64,000 nucleotides of DNA from Chrysomallon squamiferum (Eukaryota; Animalia; Mollusca). A model generated the notes under the pieces. That model was not told the DNA's origin. It worked only from the letters and a program-made list of their open reading frames with translations, and searched no databases. Of the stretch, positions 33,028-47,105 are shown one piece after another. The stretch's first letter is position 1. Each line of letters starts with the position of its first letter. The stretch spans positions 22,754,001 through 22,818,000 of the forward strand of contig CM022671.1 of assembly GCA_012295275.1 (NCBI GenBank), written 5' to 3'. The position numbers were made by a program, and so were the translations under genes.

Positions 33028-34806
33028 TATGTATATATATATATATGTATGTATGTACGTATTTCAATAAATAAGTATTATGTGTGTATAGTGTGTAATA
33101 ATGCATGCATGCATGTACGTACGTGTAGTTAGTATTAGTAGTGTGTGTAATGTTATGTATGTATATATATATGTGTGTGTATATATATGTATATACGTAC
33201 GTATTAAATAAGTATTATGTGTGTGTATGATTGTATACATATGTACGCACGTATTATACGAATACTGAAATTTAAAATAACAAAAACTCACCCCAAACAA
33301 AAATACACGCCTGTCATCTCTGTAGTTTATCACAAATCTTGGTTTTTCCATGAAGTTTCGTCGAGGTACGTCAAACGGATAATTTTCATCTAGCTTGAAA
33401 TTCGTGTATCTCCACACCTTGAAATCTGACAACAAACAACGTTAGAAATTACAAACAGTGAAATGACTCGGATCTTCAGTATCATAGAAACGCGTTATCC
33501 CTTTAATGGAACAGCCAGATACAGCTGTCATTAAACACTACTGCAAATCAGTTTCATGCTAACATTCAGCTGTCCTTAAATACAATGTTACTCTAATGTC
33601 ATTTGACTTTGTATACAATGCGTTTCAGCAAATGATGACATCATTTCCTGTAATAATAACGCACGCGACAGGATTTAATTCATTATAATTATAACACTAA
33701 TTTAAATTAAAGTCGGAAGTTACAAACGTTCATATGTGCTAGACATACTATAGGTACACGATTGATTTTTCTTTTAAATTTTTAAAAATATTTAATTATT
33801 TATTTATTTTTAGATTTTAAATTCATTAATTTATATTTAATTTTTAATTTATCGATGTAGACTGTATTAATAAACTTACACCATAATGTTATACTAATAT
33901 ATTTCATTTAATCATTTAATTTACGTTTAATATTTGTCTAATTTGGATTTCTGTTTATGATACGGTTATTTTGAGGTTAGTTTTCAAGTCATGATTAAAT
34001 AAAATAAAAAAAATCTGGAATAGTCTGAAATTTTCCACGAAAAAAAAAGTCTTAAATAAAATAGTCAATTATCTGTTACCTTTAATAAAATAGATTCGAG
34101 AGGTGCCGTGTTTGGCGAATGCGACGTCAACGTTAGATGGCGCTTCAGGAAAAACGTCATCGATTGGTTTAGGGTAACCGGAAACCACACCTTGCTCGTT
34201 GATTTTGTAAACCTCGGATCCTTTAAACCCGTAAAAGTATCCGTCATCAGCTGATTTTAAAATAAATAAAAAAAAATAAATAAAATAAAATAAAATTAAA
34301 TTAAATTAAATTAAATATAAAACTAAATTAAATTAAATATTATTAAAATCAGTTAAATTAATTAAATGTAATTTGTCCTCTCCTAGTATTAATTTTTTTT
34401 CACTTTTTCCATTTCATATAAGTTTATTTAACTTTATCTAACATAAAACGTCAAGATTTCAATTTTTATAGCTGCACGACTACGCCGAAATGAGATATTT
34501 TATTTAAATAATATTAATTTAATTAGCTATATGGAGATAATGAAAAGAAAACTAATGATAATATATTTTTGTTCAGTTCAGATAAAACTGAAGTAATAGC
34601 TGACTTTGTATAAAAAAATAAAAAAATAAAAATAAAATAAAATAAAATAAAAAATAAGAAAAATTAAAAAGGAAATGAAATCAACTTACCGTTCACAACG
34701 TCGTCAAATTTGACAGTACATGTGTCTTCAGGTTTTTCCGTTGTAGTTTTTGTTGTGGGTTTAATTTTAGAACCTTAAAAAAATATTTAAAAAAATATAT
34801 TTCCAT

Positions 34807-34839
<33 letters not shown>

Positions 34840-34984
34840 GAACACTTTTATTATTAAATCGTACTTATCATTATATATCAAATTAGTAAAAAAATTTAAA
34901 AAAAATAAAAAAAATAAATAAAAAATAAGTAAATACAAAAAAAAAAAAAAAAAAAAAAAAAACAAACAAACAAAAATAAAACAA

Positions 34985-35041
<57 letters not shown>

Positions 35042-36354
35042 AATAAATAAATAAAATAAAGAATACATATAGTTACCATAAAGGTACTGTATTCCTCTAA
35101 TATCGTCATAACCGAGATGAGGTACTTCTTGATTTTGGTACGCAGGAAACATCAGAGCCTTGCGGTCTCCTGTGTGACCCAAGCCCAGGGCGTGTCCAAA
35201 CTCATGGGCGGCCGCCACCAGCAGATTACTTCCCCTGTGTCCATTTACCGTCCACACCTCTTCGTTGTCGAAATGGACGTCTCCAGATATCGGCGACAAA
35301 CCAGGCCCGAAAGCATGAGCAAGAACGTTGCCTAAAAATGTTAAATAATAAAAAAAAAAAATCATAAAACAATAAAAAAATAATAATAAAAAAATAGTAT
35401 ACTGATTTGAACAAAACGAAGAAGAAGAAGAAGAAGAAGAAGAAAAAGAAGAATTAGTTAAGATGAAGAAAGACAAAGATGAAGAAAGATAATGAAGAAG
35501 AAGATAATTAATGGTTTTGCTATAAACCAACCTTTTCCATCAAATGGATTGTTATCGCCATGCTCTCTGACATGGAAAGAAATTTCTATATCAGGATTTT
35601 TACTCGTTTCTCTAATTGACAAAGGTGAAACATCCTGCCATAGCTTAAATGCTCTTCTGAAGAGTTCCCTGCGAAAGAAAAGACATATAATCATCTTAGG
35701 GAAACCTCGATTCATTTAAAAAAAAAATGTTACTCCTATTGTATTATATTATAGTATAGTATATTAATTTGACTGGACGTATTCTAATAGGCACACTGAA
35801 ACAAAACTGATCTTGCAGTCACCACTTTTTTTTACTAAACTCAGAATCAGTAGCTTTTCCCAGCGCAAGGAACAAAACAATTTATAAATTTTATGAACAC
35901 TCGCACAAACACACCTTGAACCTTGAACCTTGAAAAAAATTAACGTGCTAATCAGAGCAAGCTGTTGTGAAGCACGTCTACGACAGGCATGCTTTCTGAC
36001 AGGTCAGAGGGGTGTGCCTGTCGCAGACATACACACACAAACGCACATTGATATATACACATTTATGCCTGTTTTGCGGATGGTGTGCGTACAAAATTGC
36101 ACGTGCATGCATGTTGCGTGCGTGGAATAGTTTTTAAAAAACGAAAACAACTCACCTTTGTTTTGACTCAGGTAACTGATACGTGAGTTTCTTTAGCTGC
36201 CAAGTTAGGTTTGGGTTTTCCCATTTACGTCCTAATTAACAGAAAAATAAATAAAAATAAATTTTAAAAATATGTACATAACGGTGAAAAATGAAAAAAT
36301 CAACAAACAAAAACAACAGCAATAATTAAATGAAAGTAAATAATTGTGTATATG

Positions 36355-36416
<62 letters not shown>

Positions 36417-37127
36417 CGTTTTTAATTTTGTATAAGACATTATACCTAAACGAGTAAATCTTTTGTTTCTTCCAGCGGTGTTTCCTTCTATGTCTTTCAC
36501 GCCACATCTAGGCATCGCCATTTTCTCTTTAGTTAACTCGTCCACTTCCCCGGTGACAGGTATCCCGTAAAACTCTTGAAATCGTCTGTTTTATATAATA
36601 TAATATAATATAATATAATATAATATAATATAATATAATATAATATAATATAACTTTATCTAATATAATATATTATAATATAATTCAAAGAAGGTGTGTC
36701 TTCATATTCATTTGTATTTACATATAAAAACACAGACACTTCATAAGGTAAATTAGTCGTTCACTGATTTATCACACTTATAGTATTTTATAATTCTTAA
36801 AACTTTACCTTATTGCTCTCTTAAGTTCTTCGTCGTCATTTAAAGAAGATAAACTTTTGTCTAAAGCCACAGGCTTTTCTTCCATGTATCCATATTTCTT
36901 CAAGAATCCCTATAAAACATGAAAAGCAAATAACTGTTATTATTATTATTATTACTATTAATTTTTTTTTTTTTTTTTTTTTTACACAATTCATAGTTTT
37001 TCAAATAATATATCTGGAAATGAAACCTTCTGTAATAATAATGTTTTTTGGGTTGTGAGGTTAAGTACAAAAGGTAGATACACAGACAAATGAAAAAATA
37101 CGAATTTAAATACTAATAAAATCAAAA

Positions 37128-37197
<70 letters not shown>

Positions 37198-37678
37198 AGT
37201 ACACAGTGGTGTCTAGTAGACTGATTCTTATTTTAGTTAATGATAATTTGGTGTCTCTAGGTATGCAATACAAAATGAAACCGTCATGTGGTGTTATATG
37301 AATAAATATAATTAAAAAAAAAGACAAAAATTATAAAAGTAAAAAAGATTAAAACCACGTCTTCTGATTCACCATCTTATTTGATAATGTTTTTTTTTTT
37401 TCATGTTTCCATGTCGAACGTTGGCTAAATATTGCAAATAACCAATCTAATATCACACTGCAACACAATCACACACACATACATACATACATACATACAT
37501 ACAGACATGTCACTTTTGTGATTATTACCTCCACGTCAGAGTTTTTTTTCACAAGGTATTCTACGACATTTTGTCTTCCTCTGTTCACTTCCATTGGCGA
37601 AGACGCGACCAATGACACAGCTAGTACGAAAATAAAAGCGAAGAAAAGCTGTCCTCTGAACCGTTGAAACGAACTCAT
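31868..37678 (-). CDS. Matrix metalloproteinase MMP-B (M10A, MMP19/28-like), furin-activatable, with a C-terminal GPI-anchor-signal-like tail; 12 coding exons
   Basis: Exons (minus strand): 37678-37529, 36909-36809, 36585-36446, 36231-36156, 35668-35532, 35331-35077, 34773-34690, 34250-34080, 33425-33292, 32972-32812, 32526-32431, 31943-31868 (TAA). Motifs: signal peptide, [19 protein letters not shown] furin site, [19 protein letters not shown], hemopexin blades, tail [29 protein letters not shown]. The last exon is less certain than the rest. Confidence 0.93.
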
Positions 37679-37789
37679 ACTGTTTTGCGTCTAACCTCGA
37701 GATTTTGCAACTCCTTTGTCAAATGTTCCTAAAACAATGGTTAAAAATTCTTCACTCCCTGCTCGTTAAACTTTGATTGTCTGAGCAAC

Positions 37790-37824
37790 ACTGAAGGCAG
37801 CGCTGTGTCTCTCGTACATTTATA
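37790..37824 (-). promoter_or_regulatory. TATA box + initiator core promoter of MMP-B
   Basis: Minus-strand TATAAAT at 37824-37818. An Inr TCAGT has its A at 37792, 32 nt downstream and 114 nt upstream of the ATG at 37678. Confidence 0.7.
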
Positions 37825-38168
37825 GCAGGCTCTCTCTCCAACCGGATTTTATGGCGGCCGATGATGCATAGGCTTGAAAGGAAAACGTATACTGCGTATT
37901 TATCAAGTGTTATTTTTCACTTCTCAAGTAACAGCTTCGTCCTGTGTCATTCCGTTATAAACATGGCTATGATCAAGTGAAGGTTAAAGCAAATCTGTCG
38001 AGGGGAAGAACAGTGAAGAAGTCTTCAGAGGCTGGCCGAGTTGAGAGACTGGGTCTTAATTAAAAGAAGAGATTAGCTATGAACAAAAGCCCAGATGCGA
38101 TTCAGAAACTAGACATTCATAAAAACAGACATTTTAACAATAATTTTCTGGGTTTTTTTAAATTCTTT

Positions 38169-38211
<43 letters not shown>

Positions 38212-38767
38212 TATTTGGGATGGGATTCTGCGTTGTTTTGTTTGTATTTTGTTTGTGTTTAAATATATATATATGTCATTTATAATTTTAATTCAACAAA
38301 CCCTAAAATTGGAAAAATGTATTTTCTTTCTTTCTTTTTTAATTTCCTTTTCTAGCTTTTTTTCTTCTTTTTTTTTTTTTTTTTATATATATATATATAT
38401 ATATATATTGTTTTTATTGTATATTTTATTTCATTGCTATTTTTAAAATATCTTCCATTCTTTGTCTTTAACTTACAACTTGAATAAAACATAAAAGGTA
38501 AAAATTACAAAAACTTTATTTTAATCAGCTGTGAAAAAGTTAAAACTGAAAAACAAAATAAAATCTATTGTAAAATTTCATTATACTGGAGTATAAATAT
38601 TTTAGAAATAAATTCATATATAAACTCTTTTTAATTTAGTCTAAGCGATCATATTTGATGGTAAATCAGGTCTGATATATTATTTCAGCATTAGAACTTA
38701 CATTTAGTTTTTGTGACATTATCTGTTTATGCGAAAGATAAATGCCAAATAAATAATGTTAGTATTG

Positions 38768-38829
<62 letters not shown>

Positions 38830-38833
<4 letters not shown>

Positions 38834-39070
38834 CTTTTATATTTTCTTTACATTAATTTTTTTTTTTAATAATAATGAAAAAATAATTACATAATATATA
38901 TATATTAGTGTGTGCATAATTCAAAAATCATGTCAAGTGTACATCTCTCTCTCTCATTTTTTAAATGTTTTCTTTACATTAAAAAAAGATAATAATAATA
39001 AAAAAATAATTACATAATATATCAATATATACTAGTGTGTGCATTTTTCAAAAATCATGTCAAGTGTACT
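38830..39070. repeat. Diverged ~128 bp tandem duplication between MMP-B and OXSM
   Basis: AAATAATTACATAATAT...TAGTGTGTGCAT..TTCAAAAATCATGTCAAGTGTAC occurs twice. Confidence 0.85.
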
Positions 39071-40189
39071 TTAATAAAAAAAAAAAGGTAATTAGGAAGA
39101 AATGAAGAGAAATACTATTATGCTAGCAAAAGACGAATGAAAACTCAGAATTCTGCGGTTGGTGATATCATGACGAAGATAAGGATGTCGACACGCGCTC
39201 TCAATTAAACAGCACACGATGGTGATCTGCAGAAATTAACATGACCAAATTTGGAAGAATGCGTAATATCCGGTTTAAACTGTTGAATGGGACCAGCGCT
39301 TTCCTAGCTGCACAACTTGAGATTTAAGTTGTTATGTCGTAATACGCTCAACCGCAGTTCAATATGTAGGGCAGTTATTGAAGTTTTATAAGACAGATGT
39401 GTATTACGTAATACCAGAGTAAAAACAAAATTAAACAGGAAAACAAACAGTCACACAAACAAACAAACAAACAAACAAACAAACAAACAAACAAGCAAAC
39501 AAGCAAACAAGCAAACAGAAAACATGTAAAGAAAAGTAACAAGGAATATATTTATCAAGAAAATAAAATAAATGCTAGTATTTTAATTATATATCTTCTA
39601 CTGCATTTTATTTTTAGAGGTAAGTCAATGACAATAAAAATTCTTCTATTATAATATTAAAATGTATAAATTTGTCAATATAAAAGAAAACAAACATATT
39701 TAATCTAAAACAATACCACAAACAAAACCTATCAAATTAACTTAAGAATAAAAAAAAATAAAAAATAAAAATATATATAAATGAATTAATGAATTATTGA
39801 TTGAGTGAATGAATGCGTAGATAAATAATACACAGACACAATTAGTATCATCAAAATAAAAGCAGAGAGATATGGTTTAACGAATAATCATGGAAAATCA
39901 AAATAATATTTAAAAAAATGTTGGCAATTCTTGTATTCTTATAAACATTCTTTAATTTAAAAACTTCATAAAAATGTAATTATTAATTTATAATGTTATT
40001 TCTTAATTTATTTATATATATATTTTAAAATTTAACATAGCATATCATTTCATCCAGTTCGAAGGTAACCAAGGGAGCGTTCATCATAAAGGAGGAAATA
40101 TTACCTAGCAAAACAGCAATGTCCGCGCCCATGTAGCGTAAACATCATTAATTGATATTTTGCAAACTTTACGTTACAGACATTTTGTC

Positions 40190-40416
40190 ATGTCTTATAC
40201 GTTGACAAAAGTAAGGCAGTTCGCTTCAGTTGCGCGTTCGTCGCATGATCGGAGAAGGGTGGTCGTTACGGGTCTGGGTCTAGTTACTTGTCTAGGTATC
40301 GGTGTCGAACATGTTTGGAACAAAGTGCTGGACGGACGTACTGGTATTACGAACATTCAAGAAAAAGGTGTTTAGAATAACAATACGTATTCAAATTATA
40401 GCAGTCATAATTGCAT

Positions 40417-40483
<67 letters not shown>

Positions 40484-40760
40484 GGAGTGGAGTGAGAGAG
40501 TTAGAGTCGCAAGAGAAAATTTTGGTGTCAGCGTAACTGTAATTGGAGAAGGCTGTATATCTGAACTTGTTAACATTATATTTAAAATCCAAACATTTAA
40601 TGTTAGAGACAGGAAGAATAAGGAATAAACTCTAGTACAACAACAACAACATGAACATCACCAACAACAACGAAAACAGTAATAATGAACAAACTAGAAT
40701 TAATAGTTAATAAAAAACAGATTTCTGGTTACTAAGTTATTGCTTATACTGTCAATAAAT

Positions 40761-40793
<33 letters not shown>

Positions 40794-41230
40794 TATTTTC
40801 TATTTGTGAAATATTTGGAATCTAACCTTTTATATATTTTTACTTTTGATTATTTTTAATAAATTAAAATAAAGAAATAAAAAATAAAAATAAAATATTA
40901 ATTGTTACTTTTTTACTTGTAACACTATATTTTGAAATAATCAAGATTGAGAAAGAAAAATGTCACTTTGACCTGCTCCTATGAATTAACAAAAATATAT
41001 TTTTATTTCATTAGGAAGGTGGCTGGGATGGTAAATTTCTAAATAATAATAAATCCTGTGATTATCTGAGCCTTAGTCCAGCATTCTTAGAAGAGAATAT
41101 ATAGCGTATTTTAATTAAAAATTAAATAAAGGACAAATACAACATTACACAAAAACAGAAGAAAAGAAAAAAAATAATAATAATAATTTAATAAATAAAT
41201 AATAATAATAAGAATTAATAAAAATAAATA

Positions 41231-41275
<45 letters not shown>

Positions 41276-41311
41276 CATAATAATAACAATATAATAATAA
41301 TAATAATAAAT

Positions 41312-41345
<34 letters not shown>

Positions 41346-44300
41346 ATAAAGAAAAAACACAAAAGAACAAAATTATTAAAAATATAAATGAAGAGGAAAT
41401 GCAGATGATAGAAAAGAAAAAAAAAAAGGAAAAAAGCTTTTAACATTTTTATTCAATAAATAATCTAGATTATTCTGTGTTATTTTCCTTATGGTTTTAA
41501 TGAAATGAATTTTCTTATTTTTTTTAAGGTTTTGAAAACATACCCAGTCAAGTGGCAGGCTTCGTACCCAGGGGAAATAATCCAGGCGAACTTGATCTCC
41601 TGTCACATTTCACACAGAGTGAGTTAAGGAACTTACCACTGGCTGCAGCGTATGGTTTAGTAGCTGCAGAAGAAGCTGTTTCAATGGCTAACTGGAAACC
41701 ACAGGATGAAAAAGACTTGGAGAGGACAGGTACTGCTAATTAACACAGTGATTAATTAAAATTTAAACATATTAAAAAGCAATATTTTTTTTGAGATAAA
41801 ACCAGAAGTGAATATTAGTTACAATTACATTTAGTTAAGTATATGGGACATATATTAGTTGAATTATTCTATAACAGATTATATATTAAATAAATAACAA
41901 TATCCAACCATCTAGAAAAATTATTTTAGCAGCTTTATTTGATAATGTTGAAAGTTCTTTTCAAATTTTTCAGTGTAGAAAAGTTCCTTTGATATTTTAA
42001 TGAAAATAAAATATATATAATTATTTTATATATATTCTGATATATATATAGTAACAACTCGATTCTTATTATTATTAGTTGTCCATCTTTAAGCTAAATT
42101 TTAACTCTTACAATAGCTATCTGAAAACAAAGTTTAGTTTTGAAAAACAATTCACTTGAATATGACATAATTTGAAATCACAAATTTTTATCAATAAAAC
42201 ATTAGTGTAATTTAAAATACCTTATTAAAGTTTCCAGTTGGTCATTGATTGAAGGTAGTATGATTATATGTTACTGGTTTCAAAGTAACAACAATTAACC
42301 AAACCCAAGAGTAAATAAGATGCATTGCCTCGTTCCCTTAAAAATCAGCAAAACATCAAAATTGTTAGTGTAACAGTGTATTTTCTGTAAAATTGGAAAA
42401 TGTATATATTTATTTATCATTATTTTAAATGGTGGTGTTAATACATGTATTCAAACAATGATCATTTATATTTTGATAATATTTTTGCTGTACAGTTGAA
42501 GACTTAATTCTGAGAGCTCAGTCTTTTTTGTTAATTTGAAATTTACATCTTCAGTCATATAAATAGTGTGTGTGTGTGTGTACATATATATATACACACA
42601 CACATACATTCATATATAAATTTTTAAATATATATACAAAAAATAAGATTCCATAAAGGTATTTTTAAAATTCTTACGAAACAAAAATGCAGAAATCGTC
42701 TTTGAATTGTTTGTTTTTTAAAAAAAATAAAACAAACATTTTCAGTTTACAGTTAAATTTATAAATATGTTTTTATTTGAATGAGACACAGGAATGTTTT
42801 TTTTTTTTTTAAATTTAAATTTAAAACGACATTTTCAGTTTGAACTGAGACACAGGTTACCCTGTTTAACTGTTTGTGATACGTGTGTGTGTGAACTGAG
42901 ACACAGGAATGTTTCAGGGGTTGACAGGGGATGTTAATCTGTTTGGACACGTGTGTGGGATAGTTAATCTGTTGGAGGAAATCAGTGAATGTGGGAATGA
43001 CACAGGAATGTTTCAGGGGTTGCTGTTGGACAGGGGATAGAGACAAATCGGGGGATGCGACAAAGGATACAAGCGAGTGAGTCCTCACTTTGTGCCAAAA
43101 ATCCTCATCAACATGACAGCCGGCCACATCAGTATCAAGTACAAATTTCAGGTTATTATTGTTAATTAATTAATTACATCTTGGAAACAACAGCTCCCTA
43201 TAGTTTGTTATTAAGATTATTGTGTGTAAGTAAAGATTTTGTATGTTAACAGGTCTGACAGAGTAAGCTGTTTGTTATTTGGGATTCCATTATTGGTTAA
43301 CAACAAGGATATTTTTTTGTATATGACTTTCATTAGTGGGGAAAGATGCATAATGAATGTTAATAAACCATCCGAGAATGTATAGATCCTGCAGTCACTG
43401 AACTAAGGTTTACTCTTTTTAATAAATAAAACAGTTTTGTTTATGCGAATTTGTTAAGTTATATCTTGTTGTAAGTTACGTTGAGATAATTCTTATATAT
43501 TCTTTTTATTAGTTGACATAATAGTGCAGTTTTGTAATTTTTATATATTTATTTATATGAGTAATGCAAATTTCAAATAATACTTTAATTTAATTAAAAT
43601 AAATAAATAAATAAATTAAAAAAAAACGATCAACCAAAAAAAACAATATATATATATATATTTATTATATTGTAGTGAAATCCATTTCACTTTCTCAGGG
43701 TCCAAACCACAGTGTTTCCAACAGCTTGTACCACGGGTCTTCATGCTATCGGTGATGCTTTCAGATTCATCCAGCGAGGTGATGCCGATGTCATGGTATC
43801 AGGAGGTGCAGAGGCTTGCATTGGACCTTTGTCTTTTGCTGGCTTTGCCAGGATGAGAGCTCTGAGCACTAACTTCAACACGTCTCCAGAGGAATCATCA
43901 AGACCGTTTGACAAGGACAGAGATGGTTTTGTCATGTCCGAAGGAGCTGGTCTTGTGGTCCTGGAAGAACTGGAACACGCCAGATCGAGAGGAGCTCAGA
44001 TCTACGGTGAAATCCTCGGATACGGACTCTCGGGCGACGCCACCCACATCACAGCTCCCGACGAGAATGGTAAAGGAGCGAGACTCTGCATGGCTGCGAC
44101 GATCAGGGATGCCGGTGTCGACGTTGCTGATGTTGGCTACGTCAATGCTCACGCAACATCGACTCCTCTTGGTGACCAAGCTGAGAGTCGGGCTGTTGTG
44201 AGCGTGTTTGGCGATTGTTGTAGGAATCTGTTTGTGTCGTCGACTAAAGGTTCTGTAGGACACTTGTTAGGAGCTGCTGGTAGTGTGGAGACGATATTCA

Positions 44301-44509
44301 GTGTTTTGGCCTGTCAGAGGGGACAGGTGCCCCCGACCCTGAACCTGCACAACCCGGACACTGGCTGTGATCTTAACTACGTTCCTATTAAAAGTGTGCC
44401 ATGGGAGAGAAAGTCAGAAAGAAGAAGAAGAAGAAGAATTGCCATTTCTAACTCGTTTGGGTTTGGAGGAACGAATGCCAGTTTGTGTGTTGCTGAGTTC
44501 ACAGAGTGA
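40190..44509 (+). CDS. OXSM: Mitochondrial 3-oxoacyl-[ACP] synthase (FabF-like KAS); reading frame disrupted as assembled (scrambled exon 3, +1 nt in exon 4)
   Basis: Exons 40190-40367 (Arg/Ser-rich presequence, then [15 protein letters not shown]), 41529-41729, ~43017-43151 (GVAVGQGI ... [31 protein letters not shown], internally out of frame) and 43699-44509 (GPNHSVS / [55 protein letters not shown]). The Cys-His-His triad is intact. Confidence 0.9.
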
Positions 44510-44889
44510 TGCGTTTTTGTTTCCTTCATTTTATACTGTTAATAATATTGTTATAGCAACCTCCCTTGTGTCTGTCCTGAAATTTACAATAGTTCAGTTA
44601 ACCTTTAAAATAATTAATTAATGAAAATAAGTTAATATAAACAAGTAATAGATAATTTGACAATAAATTAATTATAAAAATCGGTAAAAGAATGCTTTAG
44701 TAGAATGATATTTTAAGAAGTCTGTAATTTAAAGGAGAACGTTTTGTTTGTTGGTCAAATTGCTTGATGAGAAATGAACTGAAAGAATGATATGTATGCA
44801 TGATAATATTGTTTTAATAATACAACTGTAAAAGTGATTAAAAATGCCCACCAGTGACGAAATATTTGTAATTAGCTGAATCCACTGAA

Positions 44890-44964
44890 ATTAACCAAAG
44901 AAAAATAACATTTTATTAACCAAAGAAAAATAACATTTTATTAACCAAAGAAAATAACATTTTA
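44890..44964. repeat. 25 bp x3 minisatellite downstream of OXSM
   Basis: ATTAACCAAAGAAAAATAACATTTT occurs three times. Confidence 0.9.
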
Positions 44965-47090
44965 ATAAAAGTTACTTTTTAAAACAGTGTAGTGTATGGA
45001 AATATTCAGGTTTTTATCTAGACTAAAAATACAAATTTTGTTTTGTCTGTTGTCAGTAATTGTAGTTATATTTGTAACATGATATTTTTGGTTTGTGAAC
45101 TCACACGGTTTTTAATACGTAGCTAATACAATAACAAACAAAAAAAAAAAATAATAATAATAAAATAAATTTACAGACATAAAACAGATTCGACCCCGTA
45201 TATCATTAACTTTGTCAGTTATTACAAGTATATATGTAACAGGATCTGTATTTAAAAATGAATGAATTACAATGTTTTTTTCGTAGATACAAAAATAGTT
45301 GACATTTACTCCTGTCATGAATGTCTTACCACAAATAATAATTATATAGAATATCTTTTTTTCTTCTTTCTGATATTTTATTCTTCTTCTTTTTTTTGTT
45401 ATTTTATTTTTTTAATTGTCCCTTCATGTTTCTGTATTTCTTTCCATAATTAAGTCGTCATCACGTTTTGCCCATCCTATAAAAAATGGATTTTTAACCA
45501 TAATTAATCATCTCGAAAAGCACGCATCCATCTTTACGTGTACGTATGTAATTAAATAACGTCTGAAACGTAACAAAGATCGGAGACACGAAAACCTATA
45601 CAACATTCTCACTCAGCCGTGTTTGACACCTGTATTAAAGCAAGTGACGATCGTGACTGCTAAATCATACTCAAATAAAAACCAAAGAACTGTGTTGCTT
45701 TTCTGTACTCCCACAACTGAAGATTTCAGGTGTGGTGAACTTTTAATACAAAATTATAACGTTTTTTTTGTTGTTTTTTTCGCTTAAAAAGAATTAACAC
45801 GGTATCGCAACCGTGGTTCAGAAGCGTTCATTGTGCGTTTCAGATAATAGATAGGTAGATACCCCAGGGTACATTTAACTTAGAAAGATTTTTCAGTTTT
45901 AAACGAAAATGATTCTTTTGTTCACGTATAACTACAGAATAACCGTGATCTTCAATTGTTCATGTCAGTTTTACGCTTGAATTTATCAAAAATTGTTTTG
46001 AAACATTTAATCTGTCTGTCTGGCAAGTTAATATATATTATTAGCTTCATCTGGTGAACCTAAGCGGTACGTATCATGAACAGTACACATCAGAACGCTC
46101 GTAATTTTATCCTGTGATAATTATTCAAAAGAACAATGTCTTGAGAGCCCACGAAATTTACCATGTTATCGAGAAAGAAAAGAATAAAAGGTAGACATTA
46201 ATCTTCTTCTTTTTTTCATTCATTTTTGTGAGTGTTATTTTGTGATTACTTGATGAATTTTAACTACATTTGCTAGACCTTTGGACGCAACAGTTTGTAA
46301 AATAAATATAATTATACTAATCCCCTCAGACCCAGTAGTTTTTGAAACGACAACGTCATACATGTAATTACACACTAACCTATAGCAACTCTTATAGATA
46401 TCCTTTGTGTTTCAGATAACTGCGGAGTCATCTAATTTGACAGCACTTTTAAAATTACTTATTAGCGTTACTTTTTTTTTTTTTTTTTTTTTTTATATAT
46501 AAGTAACCAGTCTTGTTTCCAGTAGAGCAAACTTTAACAATAGTTTCGAGATTTTTGTCTTCAATCGTGTATTTATTCTTTTTAAGAAAATTGAGTCTAT
46601 TCAGATGTCATATTTATATTAATGTTTTGTCTAAGTTCCATTCAATCGAAAAATTATTACTACTACTACTATTACTACTACTACTACTTCAACTACACTA
46701 CTACTACTACTACTACTACTACTAATAATAATAATAATAATAAAAAACAAAACAAAAACAACAAAACTATATGTTTTCATTATGGAACAAACACACCCAA
46801 CATTTGATAGGCTATCATGCTAAAGTTACGTTGAATCCAGAAATAAGGTCATAAATTAAATGTTAACAATAAACAAGTAATTTGTGTTGTAATTAAACGA
46901 CGTTAATTTAAACGTCTGTAGACGGCGTACATTGGAGAACTGAATTTGAACAGTTCGGAAGACTTCGCGAAACTCGAGATTCTCGCTGGAATGTTAATAC
47001 GAGTCATTCAGCTCGCTAATCGTTTACAGATCATTTACCTTTCTGTTCCTTGGGCGCCGAAGAAAATTTACTGTTTATAGAAAGATTTAT

Positions 47091-47105
47091 CGCTCCCCCT
47101 AGCGG
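47091..47105 (-). promoter_or_regulatory. CTCF-like binding site
   Basis: The minus strand reads CCGCTAGGGGGAGCG, close to the bilaterian CTCF core CCGCNAGGGGGCGC, in a GC-poor background. Confidence 0.45.

Noticed and set aside
42780-43040. CRISPR-like repeat/spacer array
   Set aside because: The repeats are irregular partial copies of a splice-acceptor region in an animal intron; there are no cas genes and no constant spacing.
44408-44440. Arg run (RKSERRRRR) near the OXSM C-terminus as a nuclear localisation signal
   Set aside because: It is encoded by an (AGA)n slippage repeat in a variable loop before the conserved SNSFGFGG strand; there is no evidence of function.
40190-44509. Horizontally acquired bacterial fabF
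   Set aside because: It has spliceosomal introns and a mitochondrial-type presequence, and matches the eukaryotic OXSM pattern.
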